Origin: Zygophlyctis sp. KS116
Lineage: Eukaryota; Fungi; Chytridiomycota
NCBI GenBank assembly: GCA_054661495.1
Contig: BAAFSQ010000492.1
Span: 1 to 5,233, forward strand
Length of the DNA: 5,233 nucleotides
Direction: 5' to 3'
The notes beneath the pieces are model-generated. The model was not told the origin of the DNA. It searched no databases and saw only the letters and a program-made list of their open reading frames with translations. Positions 1 to 5,233 of the stretch are shown piece by piece. A program made the position numbers and the translations under genes. Position 1 is the stretch's first letter, and the number at the start of each line of letters is the position of its first letter.

Positions 1-42
1 TAGACCTCCGGCCTTGTTGATCAAGAGAATAGAATGGATCAT
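1..42 (-). CDS. TRS23: 5' end (partial, runs off window) of TRAPP complex subunit Trs23/TRAPPC4 (sybindin-like longin domain)
   Basis: Reverse complement of 42..1 reads ATG ATC CAT TCT ATT CTC TTG ATC AAC AAG GCC GGA GGT CTA = MIHSILLINKAGGL. This matches the characteristic Trs23/TRAPPC4 N-terminus (hydrophobic strand then NK[A/S]GGL, cf. human MAIFSVYVVNKAGGL as recalled). Only 14 codons are visible and it is absent from the ORF track. Confidence 0.82.
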   Translation of the reverse strand, partial: MIHSILLINKAGGL

Positions 43-226
43 AAACACACGAAACGAGAAAATCAGGAAAACACGCCATAGACTTCCTTAATGCACACAT
101 GTTAATGCACACATGCTATATTGTTTTATGACAGTCTTGCTTCGTAAAAAATAAGAAACGAATGATTTTATATGATCAATCATGAGATATTATGAGATTT
201 ATTGTATAGGTAGCGTTCAATTGAAA
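43..226. promoter_or_regulatory. Short divergent (putatively bidirectional) intergenic/promoter region between TRS23 and the CR effector gene
   Basis: Head-to-head ATGs at 42 (-) and 227 (+), 184 bp apart. Positional inference only. Confidence 0.5.
88..115. repeat. Perfect 14-bp tandem duplication (TTAATGCACACATG x2)
   Basis: Identical copies at 88-101 and 102-115. Confidence 0.95.
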
Positions 227-1879
227 ATGACAAAACTCTGGATTAAATTTAGAGACCATCGGGCCACTCAAGTCTCTACCAAAGGCTGTCAGGATGTTTA
301 TGATTTTCTCAAGGCCTGCAAGAAGGCGCTTCAACTGCCAAATCCCCCTCAAGAACTCTCTCTTTCAACAACTGATGGTGGATCTGATCTCAAGCCTGGT
401 CTAAGACTGACTGATGTTTCTTCTCAACCGGGCTATTTAGAAAATAGTGATGATCATCCTCTCTTTATTAGTGTTGAAGAACAAACTCTAAATGAAATAG
501 CAACTGGTAGATCCGATGCAGCAGTCTCCGCTTTCTGGAATGCGTTTAAATATTGTTCAGATCCAATTCAGGAGAATACAGTGATTCAACTCCCACAAGA
601 TGTTTTCATGCTTGGCAATCCGATCATTGGCTCTTCAATCTTCATTCGTCCATGCTATCCAAAATTACTGGAAATGGTATTTTCAATATTAAAAGATCAT
701 GCATCTCCTCATTTGGTTATTCTTGGTACCCCTGGAATCGGAAAAACTTTCTTTGGATATGTACTATTGTTGCATCTTGCTCGGACTGGTGCTACAGTAG
801 TATATGAACGTGGGAGAGAAAATGCAAGATATTTATTTTCTGAATTTGGTATCTTTACAGGAAATAGGAATGATTTTACCAATTATTTGCGTAGGATTAG
901 TACTTTTTATATTGTTGATGATGCCAAGCCTGTAGATGTTGCTGCAAGGACAGTTCTTCTATCTTCACTTGGTCATGATTTCTGGTATTCATTCAGTAAA
1001 GAAAAGTGTGCGATTCGTTATATGCCTATTTGCAGCTGGGAGGAAATTGAAATTTGTCGTGGATTATTGTTTGGTCATTTAACATCTGCTGAAACCAAAT
1101 CTCTTTATAACAAATGGGGCGGAGTTCCACGACATGTCCTTTTAAATGCGAGGGATATTTCACAACAGAAGCTTTTATTGGAGGCGTTAGATTTTTCTAA
1201 TCTAAATTGTATTTTGGAATTCTTAAGAGGAAATAGCAAAAAAGAATACGTTTTAGGTCATTTGATTCATAGGTCGGTCGGGCCTAACTTTGGAAGAGGT
1301 CCTTTTCAGTTTGCATCTGAATATGTAGCTCAGGAAATTTACAAGTTTGTCGTGATTGACCGGGATCATTTTTTCAGATTCATTTCTAGCTATATTTGTC
1401 AAATTAGCGAAACATTATTCGAGCAGCACGCCCATACTCTAATTTCAAATGGGGGATCATTCAAGATTCGGAATTTAAAGACAAATGAAGAGTCTAGATT
1501 GCAACTTCCGATTGATCTTAATCTTCACTTATATTCCTCAAACGATTTAGAATTCCAATCGGCTACTAATAAGTATTTCCGTCCTGTAAACAAGATTTTT
1601 AAATCAGTTGATTCGTTTATCAAGCCAAATCTCCTCTTTGAAATGACTATTTCCAAAGATCATCAATGCAGTTACACTGGGCTTTGTGATGTTCTGGAAA
1701 CGCTTGGTAATCCTTTGAACCCGGAACTGTATTTTGTTGTGCCGGATCGTATCTTTTCATCATTCACCTACCAAAATTACTTGGAAAAAGAAGGTGATGT
1801 TTTATCCGGAAAAGGTATTGTTGGAAGCATTCAGAAGTTGTCCCAGTTTGTTTTGACGTTTGAATTGCCTTCTAAATAG
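227..1879 (+). CDS. Crinkler/RHS-type (CRN-like) effector: N-terminal header (probably ubiquitin-like), P-loop NTPase, C-terminal restriction-endonuclease-fold domain; 550 aa, intronless
   Basis: Uninterrupted ORF (open from 182). ATG 227 is preferred because of its AAAATGA context and because the header starts MTKLWIKF. Header ends at HPLFISV (455-475). Walker A GTPGIGKT (725-748), Walker B FYIVDD (905-922), WGGVPR (1115-1132). REase-like residues: LFEQHAH (E at 1421), VD (D at 1610), LFEMTxxxxH (1634-1663), then LYFVVP. This motif order is that of CR-NTPase+REase proteins of fungi, oomycetes and protists. Confidence 0.85.
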   Translation: MTKLWIKFRDHRATQVSTKGCQDVYDFLKACKKALQLPNPPQELSLSTTDGGSDLKPGLRLTDVSSQPGYLENSDDHPLFISVEEQTLNEIATGRSDAAVSAFWNAFKYCSDPIQENTVIQLPQDVFMLGNPIIGSSIFIRPCYPKLLEMVFSILKDHASPHLVILGTPGIGKTFFGYVLLLHLARTGATVVYERGRENARYLFSEFGIFTGNRNDFTNYLRRISTFYIVDDAKPVDVAARTVLLSSLGHDFWYSFSKEKCAIRYMPICSWEEIEICRGLLFGHLTSAETKSLYNKWGGVPRHVLLNARDISQQKLLLEALDFSNLNCILEFLRGNSKKEYVLGHLIHRSVGPNFGRGPFQFASEYVAQEIYKFVVIDRDHFFRFISSYICQISETLFEQHAHTLISNGGSFKIRNLKTNEESRLQLPIDLNLHLYSSNDLEFQSATNKYFRPVNKIFKSVDSFIKPNLLFEMTISKDHQCSYTGLCDVLETLGNPLNPELYFVVPDRIFSSFTYQNYLEKEGDVLSGKGIVGSIQKLSQFVLTFELPSK

Positions 1880-2181
1880 CGGATTTACAGAATATAAAGA
1901 AACTTTCCTTCTATCAAATTGAACTAGATTTACGTAAGCCTAAAAAATTTCCAAGATGAGGATTGTCCTAAATAATGAATGTTTCAGTTTAAAGTTTATC
2001 CTATTCATCCTATCCAGGGAGTTGCTATGCTGAAAAATGGTTTAGTATTAATAGCAATAATGATTCTGCAATAATTTCCTGTTAATTTGGAGTCCGAAAT
2101 AACGAGTTTCATCAAAAGAATAGGAAATTAACCGCATTTACAGAGTTGGTTCACTTGCAGTGGTACTACTACAGCCAATAT

Positions 2182-4110
2182 TTAATGATTTATCAAAACA
2201 TCATCAATCATTGATCTCCACTCAACTTCAAATTCTTCAATGATTCTTTTTTGTTTTAATCCACAAGAGATTATCATTGATGCACAAAGCCTTTCATTCA
2301 TGGGTTTAATCTGATCAAAAGAATCAGAGTCAGTAGATTCATTATCAGATTTTGAGTCTTGAAAACATTTTTTTCTTATTGGGATATGAGAGAATGGAAG
2401 GTATTGAGATTGATTCGTATTTAATAGTCTGGGGGAAACTGATGATAGTAATTGTCTTAATTGTCCTAAAATTTTAAAAGATTCAAAGATAATACCAAAT
2501 TGCATCCATGCTGTATTTCTATCAGATTCTGTAATTGGTCTTCCTTGGAAAGTTAAGAGATTCTTTAATGTGTAAATCAAATAATTCTTTGTGATTCTGA
2601 TAGAATTTATAGGATTATCTTCAAATGAAATGAATAATTCATGAATATCAAGAGATTTAAATTGATTAAACTACGAGTTAAAAAAAGCAATTTACCTGAT
2701 TTAAATATTCAATCATTGTGCGGTTAAAAGTGAGTTTTGTTAAAAGTCTAAATCTTGCAATGACCGGATAAAATCTTAAAATATCTTTCATATGAATCAT
2801 ATTAAAAGATATGGACGTTACTCCAGAAGGATCAAGGCTTTCAAGTATATTAAGAGCATTTCCGTGCCTAATATAAAAAACAAGAATATTACAATTGTAA
2901 CTGACCATTATTAAGTTGATAAAATCCACCATCAAACTTTTGACTTGAAAACTTGATGTTTGTTTTAAGCGTTGATATACTATTAGATTTAGAATTGTAC
3001 TTTGATTGAGCTGTTTGAGAAGAGGAAGGATACACAAATAATTCACTTTTACTACTTTCCCACTCTTTCTCTATATTACACAAAATAGTTTCTTTTTGAA
3101 TCAGCTTCTCTGCCTCTAATCTTCTTTCAAATGCTCTTTTTTCCAATTTACTTGAAGTCCGTCTTTCTTCTTCTGTAATCCTTTTTCCATCCAGAAACTT
3201 TAAAGACTTTAACCGATCAATCACAAAAGATCTATTAGAAGAATCTGACCAGATTGGATTTTCTTCAAGAAATAACTCTATTTATGAATCTATAATTCAT
3301 ACCGAGTAGCTGACTACAATTCAATAAATTACCAACAACTTGTACATCTCTTATAGAATTTGAACTTAGCCTTAATCTCTTTAAAGACATATTGTCCAAT
3401 AAATCAATTGATTCGATCTAGTAATTCTTAAAATTAGTCTAATTACCTGATTCTTGTTTAAATTTAGTTCAACCAGACTACTTAAATGCTGTATATCTGG
3501 AAGATGCTTTATTTGATTTGACTCTAAATTCAGCATTTTTAGATTATGTAATTTTCCAATTCCTTCTACAAGATATTATAAATCATTTTATACCAATATT
3601 TTGAATAAAATTAACTGAAAGATCCAATACTTGTAAATGAATTTGAGAATCTAAACTACAAATCCTCTTGATCCGATTACGTCCCAATAATAAAACCTTT
3701 AAACATGATATCTCTGGCAGTCCAGAAATCTCTTCCAATTGATTATTTGAAAAATCTAAATGAACCAAATATCTACAACTCTGTAATCTTTCAATCTTTG
3801 AAATACTATTATTTGAATATGTTAGATTAGCAATTTGAGCATGAGGCAGAGTAATACAAGTAAATAAATTCCTCGATTCCAGACTTAACTTATCATTGAC
3901 GTTTAAATCTTGTTCTAAATCGATTATACTCCCTCTACTAACTGATCTGCTACCACTATGATATGATGATATATTGAATGTAGTATTTATCGAATCGATC
4001 ATGATTGGGCTATATTGGATTCTTTTACTTGTACAAGATCCAGGTCTACTTTTCAACTGCGATCCATCCGATACTAATCTCTTGCTATTATACGCAGATT
4101 GCGGTCTCAT
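2182..4110 (-). CDS. LRRC49: Leucine-rich repeat protein 49-like (centriolar satellite / tubulin polyglutamylase complex-associated); 6 exons: 4110-3594, 3565-3447, 3417-3303, 3277-2893, 2867-2696, 2670-2182; 598 aa
   Basis: Exons sum to 1797 nt with consistent phases and no internal stop. SDS22-like LRRs continue across junctions (LDFSNNQLEEISGL, LKVLLLGRNRIKRI, LDLSVNFIQNI|EGIGKLHNLKMLNLESNQI, LVELNLNKNQ|IESI). LRR cap ELFLEENPI...LKFLDGKRITEEERR, a coiled coil ending NIEKEWE, and a second LRR-like block (LHGNAL...EYLNQ|FNQ...EDNPI...QFGI) are collinear with LRRC49 as recalled (LRVLLLGKNRIKKI, LDMKRITEEERR). The track's 4125 start is a TTG; the first in-frame ATG is 4110. Confidence 0.85.
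2671..2695 (-). other. Intron 5, 25 nt, phase 0
   Basis: CAG|GTAAATTGCTTTTTTTAACTCGTAG|TTT. TTAAC branch-like motif. Joins YLNQ-FNQF in frame with ORF 2182..2580. Confidence 0.9.
2868..2892 (-). other. Intron 4, 25 nt, phase 2
   Basis: GTAATATTCTTGTTTTTTATATTAG. Joins GQLQ-L-HGNAL, bridging ORFs 2889..3224 and 2678..3046. Confidence 0.88.
3278..3302 (-). other. Intron 3, 25 nt, phase 1
   Basis: GTATGAATTATAGATTCATAAATAG. Restores QLL-E-LFLEENPI. Confidence 0.9.
3418..3446 (-). other. Intron 2, 29 nt, phase 0
   Basis: CAG|GTAATTAGACTAATTTTAAGAATTACTAG|ATC. Restores LNKNQ-IESI. Contains a CTAAT branch-like motif. Confidence 0.9.
3566..3593 (-). other. Spliceosomal intron 1 of LRRC49-like gene, 28 nt, phase 1
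   Basis: GTATAAAATGATTTATAATATCTTGTAG. Removal restores the LRR (QNI-E-GIGKL). Contains an in-frame TGA. Confidence 0.9.
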
Positions 4111-4240
4111 TTTATCTCGGGCCAAGTGTATACGTCATATATTAATTGTACAATTTATACATAATCTATTAATTACATTAAATCATTCACGATTGGACCT
4201 GATTTTGAATAATAATACAAGGCCGCTAAGAGTTAAATTT

Positions 4241-4792
4241 CTAGAAAAAAGTACATTTATGCCAATCAAAAAATGGCCCAGTTATAAAATCTACACTCTT
4301 CAAGTTTGAATGTACTGTTAGCAAATCATCTAACGATAAATTATCAGGATTTGTAAAAGGTATATTATCCGGCCATCCATGAATGTGATATTTAGCCAAA
4401 TGATGTCGTGTAGCACTAGTAATCTTAAAATCTCCTTTAGACTCTAATTTAGATTTTATATCTTTTTGAATTTCATTAGATAATTGCAATTTCACCATTT
4501 CAACATCAAAAATCTTGAACTTTGAAGCTATTGATACCAAATCGTAATCGGACAAGTCATTAGGATCTGTTACATCTTGAGGCCAGCCATCAATTCTATG
4601 TTTTATCAAATTATTCCAGGAAATATGAGCGATATTTCTATGAATTCTTCCTTCCAATTCTTTTATAAACATTTTCTTGATTCCGTAGAGTATATGATTC
4701 CTATCAAAATTCAGCAACGTTTGCAATGATGAGTGATTTTCTGGGCTTGCATAGAGCAGATTTACAATAAAGATGAGCAAAAGGAATTTCAT
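4241..4792 (-). CDS. Predicted small secreted protein (183 aa) with two ~70-aa internal repeats containing GWP; alternative upstream ATG at 4828
   Basis: Intronless ORF. MKFLLLIFIVNLLYA-SP looks like a classical signal peptide. Repeats LIKHRIDGWPQDV--TDPNDLSDYDL and LAKYHIHGWPDNIPFTNPDNLSLDDL, with GWP motifs exactly 70 aa apart. Protein-level repeat conservation supports a real gene. Confidence 0.78.
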   Translation of the reverse strand: MKFLLLIFIVNLLYASPENHSSLQTLLNFDRNHILYGIKKMFIKELEGRIHRNIAHISWNNLIKHRIDGWPQDVTDPNDLSDYDLVSIASKFKIFDVEMVKLQLSNEIQKDIKSKLESKGDFKITSATRHHLAKYHIHGWPDNIPFTNPDNLSLDDLLTVHSNLKSVDFITGPFFDWHKCTFF

Positions 4793-4854
4793 AATCACAA
4801 AAGCTTCAAAGCCACTGGAATCAACCATGCTTGCTGTTTACTGCTGATAAGTAT

Positions 4855-4883
4855 TGTGGCACCTACTGAAATGTGGCACCCAC
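4855..4883. repeat. Direct repeat TGTGGCACC(T/C)AC x2, 17-bp period, just upstream of the secreted-protein gene
   Basis: tgtggcacctac at 4855-4866 and tgtggcacccac at 4872-4883 (11/12 identical). Confidence 0.8.
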
Positions 4884-5002
4884 CGTACGAAACCTAGAGT
4901 TATAGTTACTCTACCATCGCTAGTCTTTAGAGACGATCGCTTAATATATTTCTTTTGATCCGAGATTTTAAATGTGTTTAGTGCAACGAAATGACTATGA
5001 TA

Positions 5003-5017
5003 CGTGACGTCACGCGT
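5003..5017. promoter_or_regulatory. 12-bp palindrome CGTGACGTCACG containing an ATF/CREB-type CRE (TGACGTCA), overlapping an MCB-type ACGCGT
   Basis: Palindrome 5003-5014, CRE 5005-5012, ACGCGT 5012-5017. The motif is seen directly; its function is inferred. Confidence 0.5.
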
Positions 5018-5071
5018 ACTGAAATTCGATAGGCAAGCTGTAAGTAGATGTATATTACTAATTGAAAATAT

Positions 5072-5233
5072 ATGAATACTACTATGAAAAGCGGGATTCC
5101 CACGTTTCTCAGTTCTTCTTCGTCTTCGTCAAACAGAGAATCTGCTGGTATGGATGAAGTATCTGCTGGTATGGACAATAAGTCTGCTGGTATGGATCAG
5201 AATCTGCTGGTATGGATCGAGTATCTGCTGGTA
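5072..5233 (+). CDS. Possible 5' end of a low-complexity/repeat protein (MNTTMKSGIPTFLSSSSSSNRESAGMDEVSAGMDNKSAGMDQ...), open to window end
   Basis: ATG at 5072 (or 5084) with no stop through 5233. SAGMDxx repeats are in frame for three units, then the 20-bp unit shifts the register. No recognisable homology. Confidence 0.25.
   Translation, partial: MNTTMKSGIPTFLSSSSSSSNRESAGMDEVSAGMDNKSAGMDQNLLVWIEYLLV
5140..5233. repeat. Tandem repeat (minisatellite or coding repeat), unit 20-21 bp, invariant core TCTGCTGGTATGGA, at least 5 copies, truncated by window end
   Basis: Cores start at 5141, 5162, 5183, 5203 and 5224 (partial). Spacers: TGAAGTA, CAATAAG, TCAGAA, TCGAGTA. Confidence 0.95.

Noticed and set aside
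144-209. Possible 66-nt 5'-UTR intron (GTAAAA...TATAG) upstream of the CR gene
   Set aside because: Length is inconsistent with the 25-29 nt introns here, and there is no reading-frame constraint to test it.
182-226. ATG 182 as the start of the CR gene
   Set aside because: The extra 15 aa are neither a signal peptide nor part of the header, and ATG 227 has the better context. Not formally excluded.
553-807. 84-aa alternative-frame ORF
   Set aside because: Nested inside the CR gene with no recognisable motif; a shadow ORF.
2671-3593. Ciliate (Paramecium-like) origin, and depletion of 3n-length introns
   Set aside because: TAA/TAG act as stops and are absent from long AT-rich exons, so the code is standard. 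The lack of 3n introns is confounded because stop-free 3n introns are invisible to my method and n=5.
227-4110. Split NLR-like system (P-loop NTPase gene next to an LRR gene)
   Set aside because: The LRR gene is collinear with conserved LRRC49 rather than a variable sensor, so the adjacency is probably incidental.
2182-4125. Four separate minus-strand ORFs, or a frameshifted pseudogene
   Set aside because: Every break coincides with a GT...AG segment whose removal restores both the frame and LRR periodicity.
4144-4155. Palindrome AATTGTACAATT, and a search for an RFX X-box upstream of LRRC49
   Set aside because: An AT-rich palindrome is plausible by chance, and no convincing X-box was seen.
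3974-4309. 111-aa plus-strand ORF
   Set aside because: Antisense overlap with both LRRC49 and the secreted gene, with no motif.
5040-5091. GTAAGT donor and TACTAAT branch-like motif
   Set aside because: No acceptor AG at the 25-29 nt distance and no supporting upstream exon.
4978-5178. 66-aa minus-strand ORF (SIPAD repeats, acidic patch, hydrophobic stretch)
   Set aside because: Starts at a TTG inside the repeat with an in-frame TGA just upstream. It could only be the tail of a longer gene if the 20-bp unit is an error, so it is not supportable now.
5140-5233. CRISPR array
   Set aside because: The 14-bp repeat and 6-7 bp spacers are far too short, the context is eukaryotic, and there are no cas genes.

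Overview
AT-rich, very compact eukaryotic DNA in the standard genetic code. It is most likely from a flagellated early-diverging fungus or relative (chytrid or Rozella-like; inference). From left to right: (1) the first 14 codons of a TRS23/TRAPPC4 gene on the minus strand (42..1), which the ORF track misses. (2) A divergently transcribed, intronless Crinkler/RHS-type (CR) effector gene with header + P-loop NTPase + PD-(D/E)xK-like nuclease domains (probably 227..1879). (3) A convergent LRRC49-like leucine-rich-repeat gene (4110..2182, minus). The ORF track shows it as four fragments, but it joins into one 598-aa protein once five ultra-short GT-AG introns (28, 29, 25, 25, 25 nt) are removed. 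Four of these introns carry 6-7 bp inverted repeats anchored at the donor site. (4) A small predicted secreted protein made of two ~70-aa 'GWP' repeats that resemble the TFII-I/GTF2I repeat. (5) A CRE+MCB-like palindrome and a 20-21 bp tandem repeat with an invariant 14-bp core that runs off the window end. All family assignments come from remembered motifs, not database searches.
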